Positions 1 through 14,495 of a stretch of DNA of 64,000 nt are shown piece by piece. The notes under the pieces were generated by a model. It was not told where the DNA came from. It worked only from the letters and a program-made list of their open reading frames with translations, and did no database searches. The stretch's first letter is position 1, and the number at the start of each line of letters is the position of its first letter. The DNA lies in contig OZ024742.1 of the NCBI GenBank assembly GCA_964016885.1, positions 187,178,001-187,242,000 on the forward strand, given 5' to 3'. The DNA is from Eledone cirrhosa (taxonomy: Eukaryota). The translations under genes were made by a program, and so were the position numbers.

Positions 1-290
1 TCTTTCTCTACCCTCGCTTCTCTTTTCCCAACCTTCTTTATTCCCCCTCCCTCCCGCTCTCTGCATTTCTTCTATTGCTCTCTCTCCCTCCTCCCCCCCC
101 TCTCTCTCTCTCTCCCACTAAACAGCATTTCCCCATTTAAACGAAATATAAAGGCAATTTGTTCAAATTAGATTTTCTCAAAATATATGTAAGCCTACTG
201 AAAAAAAAAATCACTAAACTCCAATTATCCTCTGTCACCTCTCCTCTCGTTTCCGCAACTAAAATTATCTCTCTTTCTCCTCCCCCTCTC

Positions 291-1805
<1,515 letters not shown>

Positions 1806-1955
1806 GTGGTGCCCCAGCATGGCCTCAGTCGGATGGCTGAAACAGGTAAAAGAGTAAAAGAGAATATCAATCTCTTTCTACCTATTTATCTTTGTCAGCC
1901 AGTCAGTGAGTATCGTTTTCTCTCTCTCTTCCTCCACACACACATGCATACACTC

Positions 1956-2040
<85 letters not shown>

Positions 2041-2171
2041 TACATATACACATATAGCTATCTAGTTCAATCTCTTCAGGTCTATCTATGCCTGTCTGTC
2101 AGTCAGTTACTAACTCCTCTCTATCTCTCTATCTCTCAATTTATCTATGTAGCGTTATCTGTCAGTCAGAC

Positions 2172-2357
2172 GGTGGATTGGTAGTATCGGTAGAGGGTCG
2201 GACGTCATGCTTTGACTATAGAGTTAAGGCCCTTGCCATTCTGAGTTCAAATCCCGGCGAGGTTAACTTTGCCTTTCATCCTTACGGGGTCGATAAAATA
2301 AAGTATCAGTAATGCACTGGGGTAATTGCTGGCCTTGTGCCAAATGTAGAAACAATT
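2172..2357 (+). mobile_element. tRNA-derived SINE, family 1
   Basis: B-box-like GAGTTCAAATCC, then GAGGTTAACTTTGCCTTTCATCCTTACGGGGTCGATAAAATAAAGTA and a ...GCTGGCCTTGTGCC...GTAGAAACAATT end; several near-identical copies in the window. Confidence 0.85.
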
Positions 2358-2856
2358 ATCTATCAGTCAGTCTTTAACAGTTTTTACATATCTTCTCAAG
2401 TCAATAATCATTCAAGCTGACAACATTAAAATACACAAATATAAACGAATTTAGCTAGCAGTGTTTAATATATACTCGAGTCACGATTTTACTTGCTTGC
2501 CATTGGCTAAATTTAAGCAAGAACTACGCAGAAAAATAACCATCTTTTGCAGAAACTACTGAAAGGAGGAGAGTTCTCGACATCTATCCCCTAATAAACT
2601 ATAAGACCTATGAACATTAAGCATTGTTCTTTTGATTATTAGATTATGTGCACATTTCTGATTGCAGCATTGTTATTTCTATTCATATATACATATACAT
2701 ACACACATACACAAACGTACAGCCAAATACACACGCACACACACACAAACACATACAGACATACACGCAAACGCACACACACACTCAAACACATACATAA
2801 ACACACACACACAAACACTCACTCAATCACAAACACACAAGCAAACACACACACAG

Positions 2857-2933
<77 letters not shown>

Positions 2934-3351
2934 TATATTGACGGACTCCCAGTTGGATTCGACAATGAGTGTTCCAGTTGTTCCATGAACGGAACAGCCT
3001 GCTCATAAATTTAACGGGTAAGTACCTCGGTCACCTTGAGACACTCACACTATTAATGTAATACTCAGGGAGAGTCAGCGTGACACAATGTGTGACAAAG
3101 CTGGCTCTTTGAATTACACTTACAGTCCATCTGACGGGCTGTCTATGTATAATAGATAACAAAATAAAATTTGCTGATTAGTTCATAGAAAAAATAAAAA
3201 AATAGGACATGGTCATAGATTTCCTACATGAACCTAATATAATTTCTACAACAAATTATGAGGGGAAACGACGGGGTAAAACATTTTGTTTTATATTTCA
3301 ACAAACAAATCGTAATGTACACAAAAGAAATATTTAAAAAGCAATGTATCA

Positions 3352-3542
3352 ACAAGATGCTATAGTAAACGATACTTGCCCAAGATACTATGGAGTAGGA
3401 TCCAACCGGAGGCCGAATATACCGAAGCGAATTGCGTTAAGAGTACAAGATGCTGTGGTAAATGATACTTTCCCAAGATACTATTAAGTGGGATCCAACA
3501 TGGGGCTGAATATTCCGAAGGGAATTGCGTTAAGTGCACAAG
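3352..3542. repeat. Degenerate ~93-bp tandem duplication
   Basis: ACAAGATGCT...GATACTT.CCCAAGATACTAT...GGATCCAAC...GAATTGCGTTAAG occurs twice. Confidence 0.7.
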
Positions 3543-4033
3543 TGTTTGTGGAAGACTCAATCATTTCCATGATATTTTCGGTTGCAGTTGGCTCCGTTGA
3601 CTCCCCAAAAACTAGAAGACTCATCATCTAAACTGACTTACAAAGCACTGCTCAACCTGTAGGTCTAGAAAATTACATAGCTACATGGCTGCAAAACAAA
3701 CTCTTTACGCACAGAACCATGCATGCGTTTATTATGACAATCTGAATTGTTGCAGATATGTAGTTGTGGGTGGATAATAAAGATAGGCCGGTTTGCGATG
3801 AGATAAGCAATATTGGAAACGAAGCATTAATCAAATAATAGAGTATATATATTCATCTCAAATAACACCACGGCCTACTTAAGTAGCTATATAGATCGGA
3901 AGATCGAAAGATCGAAAGATAGTTAGAATGATAGCAAGATCGGAAAATAGATCGATCGGAAGATCGAAAGATAGAGCAGGACCGGAAGGTAGATGAAAAG
4001 GAAGATAGATAGATTGGAAAATACAAAGATCAG

Positions 4034-4065
<32 letters not shown>

Positions 4066-4307
4066 CGCTTATATAGATAGGTGTGTGACTGAAACGTTGT
4101 GTAAATAAATACACAAAGGAAAATCTTGGAGAATAGCAGAATGGGATAGGGTTTGTTTGGGCTGGAACATATATAACATGGTAGGGAAGTAGAATGTGAT
4201 AATAGCTAACATCGGAGATAATATTATATATATACACACATACATACATAGCGCATCAATCCATCTATCTCTATCCATCTGCCTACCTATTTCTCTCTCT
4301 CTCTTTT

Positions 4308-4436
<129 letters not shown>

Positions 4437-5215
4437 CGAGAGAGAGGAGGGATAGAGAGGTAGACAGATATAAATATAGATATAGATATAGATATAAGGT
4501 GGCTGCCAACTCGTTTTCGAGTACGGCCACTACTTCATATCCATGTAGGAGAACCCCTACTGATGCGCTGAACGAGTGTGACTTTTAGTCCAGCCAGCGA
4601 CTTGAAAACTCTGGTACAAACACTACACTTATGACAATTATTGACACATAGTGGTGGGCCCATGGTACCATGTGACGACAAGTGCAGAGAGATCTCCAGA
4701 TACAAAGCAATGCCTGTGCCGTGAAGCTTTTATAGTGAGCAAAGGCACTGCATAAAGCCAGTCCCACTCTCTGAACCAAGATGATATTTACCAAAAAGAA
4801 GAACAAGTCAACATCATTGGATACCATCAGGGTTGCAGGTGTTATATTAGAGTTTTCCTTCTCCTAGAATTCTGCCTTGACAAAGGCTAAGGGGGTCATC
4901 TCTCCCGGTGATTTTGGATGGCCATTGACTCTTAAGAGCTCCTTTGCCCTTTAACAGGTTTTGTTTTTTGCGTCCTGCAGGATGTCCAAAGTCACCCTCC
5001 TCACCAAGAAACCTTGGTGGGGTTGCCAGTTTAGTCACCAACGACCCGACGATGAGACAGGTATATATATACATACATGCATATATGCATACGTACTTTA
5101 ATATTTCTGAAATGATATGTCGTTCCATAGTGGCAGTTAGAGCAAATCAAATATCGTCCACGCGGTTTTCTCAAAGAATAATAATAGTAATTATATATAT
5201 ATATATATATAAATG

Positions 5216-5756
5216 AGCGAAGCAAGCAACTATCAAACCATCTTTTAAATAAATTAAAAAAACGATTTAAATATTCACCTGTTCTATTGCTGTTACCGAT
5301 GGTTTCACCAATCCAAAGATTGGAAATCCAGAGAATTTCCAATGGAAAGAATTAGATCTTCAGACAGCTTATTTCCATACCATAAGGGTGCAAATCTCAT
5401 AGTAAGTCAATATTTCGCTTCCTGCCCAACGCATGCGGTCACGCAGTTAAAGTGACACACACGCAAAATTAGGCCACAGGTAAAAGCTGGTTATTATAAA
5501 CTTGTTGATCATGCCACTAAAAATGGCAGCGCGATACAACGTTTTGTTCTCTACATAAGGAGAAAAATCATAAAAGGGTATGGATATTCCAACAGGCACT
5601 AGGTAGCTATAGAAATATGCAAGGTGTTTATAATAGTTGTGGTTCGATGGTACTAATTTGAGATACCAGAACTATAAAAATTAGCGGAGCAAGCCATTAT
5701 CAAACAATCTTTTAAATAAATTAAAAACGATTTAAATATTCACCTGTTCAAATGCT
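5216..5756 (-). mobile_element. ORF-less HHR-bearing element with ~75-bp direct terminal repeats (PLE pLTR or retrozyme-like)
   Basis: 5216-5291 is repeated at 5682-5756; HHR at 5289-5368; (TA)n flanks. Confidence 0.6.
5289..5368 (-). ncRNA. Type I hammerhead ribozyme motif
   Basis: Minus strand: GCTGT-CTGAAGA-T-CTAATTC..ATTGGAAATTC-TCT-GGATTTCCAAT..GGATTGG-T-GAAA-CC-ATC-GG-TA-ACAGC. Stem I GCTGT/ACAGC, stem III ACC/GGT, GUA cleavage triplet. Confidence 0.75.
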
Positions 5757-5767
5757 ATATATATAAG

Positions 5768-5947
5768 TTATTCCGGGTTGAATCGGAGGTAACCACAGTA
5801 AGTAAGGTACTCAATACATATCAGAGTATAAGTGTTTTAATATAGAAGAGCTTCTACAGGGCTAGAACTGTTTTATTCGTGAGAAATCATTTCTCACGAA
5901 TGAAACATTTCTAGCCTTGTAGAAGGTCTTCTATATAAAAACTTATA
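5768..5947. mobile_element. Foldback mini-element (copy 1; relatives at 6845-7014 and 14951-15115)
   Basis: Palindrome 5841-5935 plus a shared arm (CCGGGTTGA.TCGGAGGTAACCACAGTAAGTAAGGTACTCAATACAT) also seen in the other copies; (TA)n flanks. Confidence 0.7.
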
Positions 5948-5979
5948 TATATATACATATATACACACACACACACACA

Positions 5980-6050
<71 letters not shown>

Positions 6051-6052
<2 letters not shown>

Positions 6053-6600
6053 CTTTGAATAACTTTGAAATGTTTTGGCCAGTATTGGCCCAGACCATGT
6101 CTAACTTAATAGCACCACCTGGCGAAGTCTTTCAATTCAGGATTTGGGCACCATGGCCCATTCGAGAAGAGAATTACTGTTTGCGGAGACATATCCGGGT
6201 GTGGGTGGTTTGTCCGGGATTACTTGGAGGAATTTGTCCAAAGACTTCTTGAATTTTGTGTGGTCAGTTTCTGTTTTGACGTGTCCTGGTGTGATGTTGA
6301 AGAGAGCAGGGCCGATTGAGGTGAAATAATTGTGCCGTATTGTTGTTATGAGTTGCGATTTAGATTGTTGAATGGGACGGATAGCACGGGGCCCAAGCCT
6401 TGGGTGTATCTTGAAGGCGATGCCAACATCATTTGGGCAGTGATGATGGAACATTTTCCACATCATGCAGATAATATAACGCTCATGGCGACGTTGGAGT
6501 GAGTAAAGTTTCAGGTTTTCTAATCGACCCCAGTAGTCAAGGTCTGACATGCCATCTATCTTTTTCGTGATTGCCCTTTGAGGAGCTTCAAGTTTCATGA
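6051..6600 (-). mobile_element. 3' fragment of a CR1/L2-group LINE
   Basis: ORF 6137-6619: [50 protein letters not shown], typical of the post-RT C-terminus of CR1-group LINEs; short tandem tail (TTCAAAGTTA)2 at 6051-6070. Confidence 0.8.
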
Positions 6601-6677
6601 TACTTTGTTTCACACACAAATATATATATATATATTTGTGTGTGTATATATATATGTGTATATATATATATAATATA

Positions 6678-6804
<127 letters not shown>

Positions 6805-6808
6805 TATC

Positions 6809-6843
<35 letters not shown>

Positions 6844-6844
6844 G

Positions 6845-7014
6845 AGATTCTACAGGACTAGAAATGTTTCATTCTTTAGAAATCATGATGATGATTTCTA
6901 AAGAATGAAACAGTTCTAGTCCTGTAGAATCTTATCTATATTAAAACTTTTATACTCTGCAATGTATTGAGTACCTTACTTACTGTGGTTACCTCCGACT
7001 CAACCCGGAATAAC
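6845..7014. mobile_element. Foldback mini-element (copy 2, opposite orientation)
   Basis: Palindrome 6845-6932 centred on ATCAT-GATG-ATGAT; arm is the reverse complement of 5768-5845. Confidence 0.7.
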
Positions 7015-7074
<60 letters not shown>

Positions 7075-7078
7075 GTAC

Positions 7079-7131
<53 letters not shown>

Positions 7132-7171
7132 TGTACATATATATATTTATATATATATATATATACGTACA

Positions 7172-7314
<143 letters not shown>

Positions 7315-8399
7315 GTATATATATATATATATAAACGACATAACATTCAGTCTGCGATAGAAAAACTAAACATATCTATGAATGAATACCATGCGAGAAA
7401 TTAAATATATAAAGAATAACGTAAGAAACAGAGTGATGTTGCTTTGGGTTCTTTTTGTTCAACTTTTCTTGGTAACTTTCTCCTTGAGGAAATCTTTTAT
7501 GGGAAGTCTTAATAGCGTCAATTAACTTAGCTTCACTATGGACTGAAATAAAAGCTATCTGCCATGTACGACACAAATTGAACAGAAGGACATTTATCTT
7601 TTTCCTCCTTCGTTCCTTCTTTATTTATCCGGTGTTTTAGTTTAGGTAATAAAAAAAAAATAATTAAAAAATACTGATAATAATAGTAAACAGACATAAA
7701 ATACTTTTCTAAACCAATTTTATTTCTAAACATAACCCATGATGAAGCAAAAAGAAAGAAAAACTCATATAAGTAGAAGAATAATTATTATCAGAAAACT
7801 GTAGGAATGAAAATTTAGTACTCCTAAAGTTTTCTCTCTGAATTTCGAATTTTTTGCTTTCTTGATAATTCTTGAAAGTTTTATGCTGTTTTTTTTTTCA
7901 CTTATATTTTACAAAGTAATTTATGTTCTTGGGAATTATATAGGAAAAGTAATTATAAAGTTTGAATACATATATGTAAGTTGATATAATAAAAGACATT
8001 GATATTTTAATATTATTTCTGCATGTAATGTCTTTTGTTAACGTGCAATATTAACGTGCTTTTTATTAATTTTCCCATCACAATTTTTATCTGGTCTACG
8101 ATCCTTAAGCTGAGGCATCAATCAGATTTCAGTTCTATTTCTTTTCCGTGTGCTTGCCAAATATGCCAGCGAAAAAAAAGGATCTCTGGTTGTTAAACCT
8201 CAATTTGAATTGTCCTTTCGTCATAATTTGGAATATAAGACTGGTAGGGTAGACCGGGTTAGTCAATCTAAAATCTACCGCATAAATATACGCAATACCA
8301 TTACATTCAAAGATGCATACGCTGTTATATTTCCCTCTTCAAAATGTACAGTTCCTACACAAACTCATTTTCACTCATAGTACATACACAAACGTGGAA

Positions 8400-8515
8400 C
8401 ACGTAGCTTAGTTGTAAGGGCATTGGATTTACGATCATAATGTCGTGGGTTCGATTCCTGGGTTGCGTGTTGGGTTCTTGAACAAAACACTTCATTTCAC
8501 GTTTGCTCCAGTATA
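8400..8515 (+). mobile_element. tRNA-derived SINE, family 2 (head and central domain only)
   Basis: A-box-like TAGCTTAGTTG, B-box GGTTCGATTCC, central CTTGAACAAAACACTTCATTTCACGTTTGCTCCAGT; matches the reverse complement of 54225-54336. Confidence 0.75.
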
Positions 8516-8537
8516 CATAGATTTTAGACATACACAA

Positions 8538-8585
<48 letters not shown>

Positions 8586-8736
8586 ACATATATATATATA
8601 TATATGTTTGTGTGTATGTGTATCTATCTATCTATCTGTATATATATATATATATATATATATAAAGATAAAAAGATGGAATCGAAAATGCAACTGGAGT
8701 CTTATTTAAAAAAAAATATATATATCTAGTTGGTTC

Positions 8737-8772
8737 CTTTACCGGTTTCGCAGTTCTTCTGTTTTTCAAAAC
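8737..8772 (-). ncRNA. Minimal HHR motif with U3-A8 variant core (Neptune pLTR)
   Basis: TTGAAAA-ACAG-AAGAA-CTGC-GAAA-CCGG-TA-AAG; family consensus has stem II GCAG/CTGC. Confidence 0.55.
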
Positions 8773-10491
8773 TAGAGTTGAGATGTAGGGTCTGTGGTTT
8801 TTCTCACATCTGATTGGTCTTTGAATGTTACTTGTTTTATATGGAAAAATGTGATTCGAAACGCCAGGTTTTTCAGAGAAGTAATTTGACTGATTGGTCA
8901 ATAAGTATAATAAATTTCGCGTCAGTTCGCGTTACAGGGGGGGGGGGGGGGGGGGGGCTCGGCTTGTTTTTTTTATATATGAGTGAAATTTGGTTGGTTG
9001 ATGCAGTCATGTGAATAAGCACATCAGCTTTCGCGCCAGTTTGTTTGAATTTCTTTTTACTTAAAAAAAGGGGCTCACGAAGGCTTTTTTTTATATTATA
9101 AATGTTATTTTTTTATATTATAATTGAAATTTTCTCTGTCACGTGAATAAGTTCATTAAATTCGAGCCCGTATTTGGGAATTTATTTTGTAGCTTTTTAG
9201 AGAATTTTATGACAAACAAAAGATAATGGACAAGAGAAATGGGATGGGGGAATTGTTCTGGTTCAGTGAATATGGCTGGATCGCTGGGGTGTCAGACTTT
9301 CTATTGAAATAAAGAAAGTAGAGATATATATGTTTATTTGTGTGCTTGTGTGTGTGTGTGTGTGTGTGTGTGTAGAAGAAGAAGATGATTCTATTATTAG
9401 AAATGGGGGAGGGAGTTGTGTGTGTGGGGGGAGGGGTGTTATGTGTGTGTGTATGGGTGTTATGTGTGGGGGGAGCATGGTTAGTATGTTAAGATGAAGA
9501 GAATATATAAATTGTATGTGTGTGTGTGTGGGGGGGGGGGGTAGGAAAATGATTCCGTTAGTAGAAATATTTTTGAATTAACATATTTTCGTTACTTATT
9601 CGTATTTGTTCTGTTGCATTGTCAGCGCAAACGTATGTTAAGGTTTATTTAGTTCGGGTTTTTATTTTCTAAAGTAGAAGGTGTTATGCGTGTATGTGTC
9701 TGTTTGGATGGTTAGCATGTTATGGTGTTGACATAATGTATATTAAACCATATTTAATGCTGGTCTATATTTTTGAATAAATATATTTTCGTTATTTATT
9801 CGTATTTGTTCTGTTGTATTGTCAGCGCAAAGGTAAAATGGGACGACTTGGAATTTGGGTGTCTTATTACTTGCGCATATGTCTAGATGTGCGCTTAGTG
9901 GTATCTGTCTCGTGGTTGGATCTCGTAATTGTTGGCGATGAACTGTCATTCTGTTTCTGAGTGTGAGTTTAGTTTGTCATATATAATCTTCATTGCATTA
10001 TTTTACATTTAATGGCATAAGCTAGATTTTTTGATGAGCAAGTGAAGTGATTTTTTGCGGCAAAATGTTGTCCTGATGCAGGTTCCACAATTAGAGCGAC
10101 CACATTTTTTGACAGTTGGTTGTGGGTATGTGACAGGTAATTTGGAATTGGTGATTAATGTTTTCAGTGATTTCGGTTGTCTTTTGCTTTTGATTATTAG
10201 CAAAAGACAACCGAAATCACTGAAAACATTACTTACCAATGCCAAATTACCTACCACATCAACCAACCAAACTTCACTCATATATGATAAAACAACCTGA
10301 GCCCCCCTCCCCCCTTTTTTGAAGAACTTTGTAACGCGAACTGGCGCGAAATTTATTATACTTATTGAATAACCAATAAATTACTTCTCTTAAAACCTGG
10401 CGTTTCGAGCCACTTTTTTCCATATAAAACAAGTAACATTCACAGACCAACCAGATGTTAGAAAACCCACAGACCCTCCATCTCAACTCTA

Positions 10492-10527
10492 CTTTTGAAA
10501 AGCAGAAGAACTGCTAAACCGGTAAAG
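10492..10527 (+). ncRNA. Minimal HHR motif with U3-A8 variant core (G12 mutated in this copy)
   Basis: CTT-TTGAAAA-GCAG-AAGAA-CTGC-TAAA-CCGG-TA-AAG. Confidence 0.5.
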
Positions 10528-10805
10528 GAACCAAATAAATACATATATATATTTTAAAATAAGACTCCAGTTGCATTTTAGATTTCATCTTTTATTCTTT
10601 ATACTTTCACTTGTGTAGGACACCTCGGTTATTTTTCATTTTGTAAAAAAACCTCAATTTCTAATATATATATATATATATATATTTCGTTTCTAAATTT
10701 GTTTAGCAAGATTCTTTATCTGAAATCGTGTGTTGAAACCGATATTGTTATACTTTGGGAGGGTCATATTGCCAATAAGAAACACACGCACCAGTTGCTT
10801 TCACT

Positions 10806-12608
10806 TCAATTTATTATTATAATAAATTTATAATAAATCTTTACTATCTTGAAGGTCTCATTTATCAGTTCCCCTACACTACGAGCTGTCTCACCTATGT
10901 ACACTATATTTTTGTCTCTACATTGTCCTTCAGTACATCTTATGCTATACACAACATTTCTAGTTTTACAGTTAATATGGGGGCTTATTTTACAGGATAT
11001 ACATTTCTTATCTATACATGAGGCTCTTTGAAAAGGGTATGTCTTGCTAATAAGTGTTTTTACGGAGGTACCTGGTCTTTCTACTATCTTAATATTGAGT
11101 TTATGTTTATTTAGGGCCCTTCTAAATTTGTAAGCTAATTTACTTCTAGGGGTTGTATCGATGAACATTACACTCTGGTATTTATTGCTATCATACCATG
11201 AGTTTATTCTATTAGCCTTGTTCCTAGTTCTTTCTATTCTATTCCAAAATTTGCTCCTATACAAGGGGCAGGTCCCATTTATGTCATTATTTACCATTTT
11301 TTCCCATTTGGTTCTGGCTCATCTATACACTCTGATTTTATCTCTCTGATTGTAGCCAGAGAACTGCATACGGTGGATGAAGTGTTGCATGTGTCTCTCT
11401 AGTTCTTCCGGGTTGCACATGCGGCACACGTTTCTCATCACCCGTACCAAATCCGCAATCAGTATGTTGCTTTTGGTATGGTCCGAAACGGCCGAGTTTC
11501 GGTGGATCAGATGTTTGGAAGTCATGGGTTTGTCATAATGGGAATGGAGGATTTGTTTTTTGTTATTAATGGTATCTAACCAGAGCTCTGTGTCTAGTAC
11601 AGGTAATCGGTGGTTGGGGTGTTTACTTGGGTAGTCTATAGTAACTCTAATGCTCTGATGGATGGAGTTAGCTATTTGCTGGATGCTGTCCATTGTGTTT
11701 TTCTCTAGTTCCTGACTGTTCTCTAGTGGGGGTGTCTTAACTACGATCTTTATATCATCAACGTAGCGGGAGTACATTATCAGGGTTAAGGGGTCTTATA
11801 ATTGTTCTTTCAGCTTAAGTTTAAGTCTACTGTCCCACCATACCATGAATAAGTTAGCTATGTCGCCTGCAATGCTAACACCAATGGCTGCTCCTTCCTC
11901 TTGGGCATATGTTTTTACATTAAATTTGAACATATGTTCCTTAAGGGTTAGTTGTATGCTGGCCCCTACCGCATGTGCAATCATTTTCTTCAGTTCATCG
12001 TGGTTTTCGGGTGTCCCTATGGCTCTGGTCCACCCGTTCCATCTATCTGTGGGGGTTTTCTTGGCCATTGAGGTAATGGTAGGTGGTCTGCCTCTTGCTG
12101 GTCTTGTAGGGCACAGGTTGCTAAGGTCATATGTGTCTAGGTAATTATTACTATAGGTAAGTTTAAGTAGGAGTCCCAGCTCACTGGTATCAATCCCACG
12201 GAACTCAACATTGCTCTCACTGATCATTTCTACGCATTTCTCCACAGCAAAATCCACGTCAATAGATGGATACAGGGACACAACATCCATACTACCTATT
12301 ATGCAGTTTGTTAGGTCCCTAGATCGGTTACTCACGCCGATTCTGCTGAGGAGGTCCTCCGTGCTGTCACATACATCTGGGGACATTTCGATGATGGGGC
12401 ATATGATTAGGGAGAGGAAGTAGGACAGTCTGTAGTTACTAGCAATGTTAGCTCCACAGACTGGCCGTGTTGGTGGTCCCGCGACAGGGTCACTGCCCGT
12501 TTTATGGTCTTTTCGAAGCCCATAAAACGCCGGCACGTCATTGTTCCAGGCCTGGAAGTTGTTGGCAGTCCTTTTGTTGGGCTGCATTATATTCGTCCAC
12601 ATCACCAT
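10806..12608 (-). pseudogene. Frameshifted PLE reverse transcriptase + GIY-YIG endonuclease
   Basis: Three ORFs carrying RKDHK..PTRPVC, SMDVVSLYPSI (motif A), GAAIG..IANLFM (B'), RYVDD (C), LPVLD (E), a Cys-rich linker, and NVVYSIRC..YIGETARS. Confidence 0.9.
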
Positions 12609-12635
12609 ATGGGCATTGAGGGCTTTTTCTCTATC

Positions 12636-13260
12636 CTAGGAGCAAATTTTGGAATAGAATAGAAAGAACTAGGAACAAGGCTAATAGAATAAACTCATGG
12701 TATGATAGCAATAAATACCAGAGTGTAATGTTCATCGATACAACCCCTAGAGTTGAATTAGCTTAAAAATTTAGAAGGGCCCTAAATAAACAAAAACTCA
12801 ATATTAAGATAGTAGAAAGACCAGGTACCTGCGTAAAACACTTATTAGCAAGACATACCCTTTTCAAAGACCCTCATGTATAGATAAGAAATGTATAACC
12901 TGTAAAATAAGCCCCCATATTAACAGTAAAACTAGAAATGTAGTGTATAGCATAAGATGTAGTGAAGGACAATGTAGAGACAAAAATATAGTGTACATAG
13001 GTGAGACAGCTCGTAGTGTAGGGGAACTGATAAATGAACACTGGCGAGACCTTCAAGATAGTAAAGAATCATCTGTACTCTACCAACATGCTAAAATAGA
13101 ACACAAGGGTAAATTAGAGAACATAGAAATAAAAATAGAATCTACACACAGAAAAGACGCAATGTTTAGAAAAATTACAGAGGCAATAAACATAAATGAA
13201 TTACAACCAAAATTAAATAGAAAATATGAGTGGAACAGCAACATCACAACTTACAATTAA
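12636..13260 (+). pseudogene. Inverted duplicate of the PLE linker and complete GIY-YIG domain
   Basis: VYSIRC..YIGETARS..NEH..LYQH..EH..RKITEAINI..PKLNRKYEW; upstream part has stops. Confidence 0.85.
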
Positions 13261-13455
13261 GGACAAAATGAAAACACACATAGAACAAACAACCAACCAG
13301 TAACATGTAAATAAACAAATAAATAAATGAACATAAACACACACAGACACCCGGATGTGGCGCATGCGCAGACTTAGCACACAACACACACACAGAAACA
13401 AAATGGCGTAGGACAGAACAAAGAAGAGGCACAGAAACAAAGAAAGGAATCCCCA

Positions 13456-13498
13456 GTCACTGAAGAGGTCACAGAGTGTGTGACGAAAGAGCTATGAC
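13456..13498 (+). ncRNA. Minimal type I HHR in the PLE 3' UTR
   Basis: GTCA-CTGAAGA-G-GTCACA-GAGTG-TGTGAC-GAAA-GAGC-TA-TGAC; stems I and II pair perfectly; one extra G after A9; minimal stem III. Confidence 0.75.
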
Positions 13499-13667
13499 AA
13501 TATATAAACAACTATCTGGTTGTGGAACCAACAAACCAACCAGAAATTTATAAATTTATAAATTTATTATAAATTTATTATAATAATAAATTGAAGTGAA
13601 TGCAACTGGTGCGTGTGTTTCTTATTGGCAACATGACCCTCCCAAAGTATAACAATATATATATATA

Positions 13668-13728
<61 letters not shown>

Positions 13729-14036
13729 TTACATATACTCAAACTAGACAAAGTCACAGATATATATGTGTTTTGGCAACCATTCACGATGTGGCTCAAT
13801 GAAGAATAAATAAATTAAATAATCAGAGCAATATACTATAAAGTATGTCCATAGAATCATTTGATAATATATATACACCATTTCCTCTCTCCTGCGTTTT
13901 CTAGCAACCAACCCACTAGCCGTAAGCGACCAATCACATTCTTTCTGACTTGACCACTGCAAAGTCACAATTCTTAGCCATTATGAATTCGTGTCTGGCG
14001 GGGACCACTTTAGAAAATAATCTGTCCGAACGAGTT

Positions 14037-14117
14037 TGTCTCATGATGAGTTCGAAGCTCGAGATTTTATCCTTAATGGGATATATCAATATGCGATGAA
14101 ACCCGAGGGTAGCGATA
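14037..14117 (+). ncRNA. Degenerate HHR (C3 mutated)
   Basis: TGTCTC-ATGATGA...GAAA-CCC-GA-GGG-TA-GCGATA. Confidence 0.4.
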
Positions 14118-14394
14118 TAATCCTGGTATGTGTATGAGCATTTCTTCTAACTTTAATTTTATACCTAATTGTGTATGGTTGACGGTATATTTAATCGATT
14201 TCCACGTGCTGTTGAAATGTTGGGTAAAATTCTATGGCGGTTGGCCGCGAAGAGATTGCTGTCGTTTAATTATCTACTATTTCTTCATAGGTGCCTTTTA
14301 ATCTTATAGCCTGGTTTAATTGATTTTTATATGCTAATTGGGCGAGGAAATGGTGTATATATATTATCAAATGATTCTATGGACCTACTTTAAA

Positions 14395-14427
<33 letters not shown>

Positions 14428-14428
<1 letters not shown>

Positions 14429-14495
14429 CTAGACAATGACCCTGTAGCGGACAGTTGTTATCGGCCCTACAATTACAGTTCCTGTGGTAGTATTG
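14428..14495 (-). pseudogene. Short Hydra-like PLE linker remnant
   Basis: CNCRADNNCPLQGHCL matches the CxC-x5-C-x5-C motif of the 38883 ORF (CNCPAKNKCPLNNHCL). Confidence 0.55.

Larger units (their letters stand above)
8663..10665 (-). mobile_element. 5'-truncated Neptune-like PLE (GIY-YIG remnant plus 3' UTR/pLTR) with an inverted terminal segment
   Basis: Coding remnant 9743-10195 (KSKRQPKSLK..KCGRSNCGTC..RMTVHRQQ..ENIFIQKYRPALN) nearly identical to 61348-61896; 10261-10600 is the reverse complement of ~8663-9000; (TA)n flanks. Confidence 0.85.
10742..13658 (-). mobile_element. Penelope-like element (probably Nematis-like) with an inverted 3' duplicate
   Basis: RT and GIY-YIG on the minus strand 12608 to 10850; 12636-13070 is the reverse complement of ~10838-11258; 10742-10835 is inverted at ~13565-13658. 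Confidence 0.85.

Noticed and set aside
7376-7900. Unique-looking stretch with short minus-strand ORFs
   Set aside because: No motif and no consistent acceptor/donor pair.
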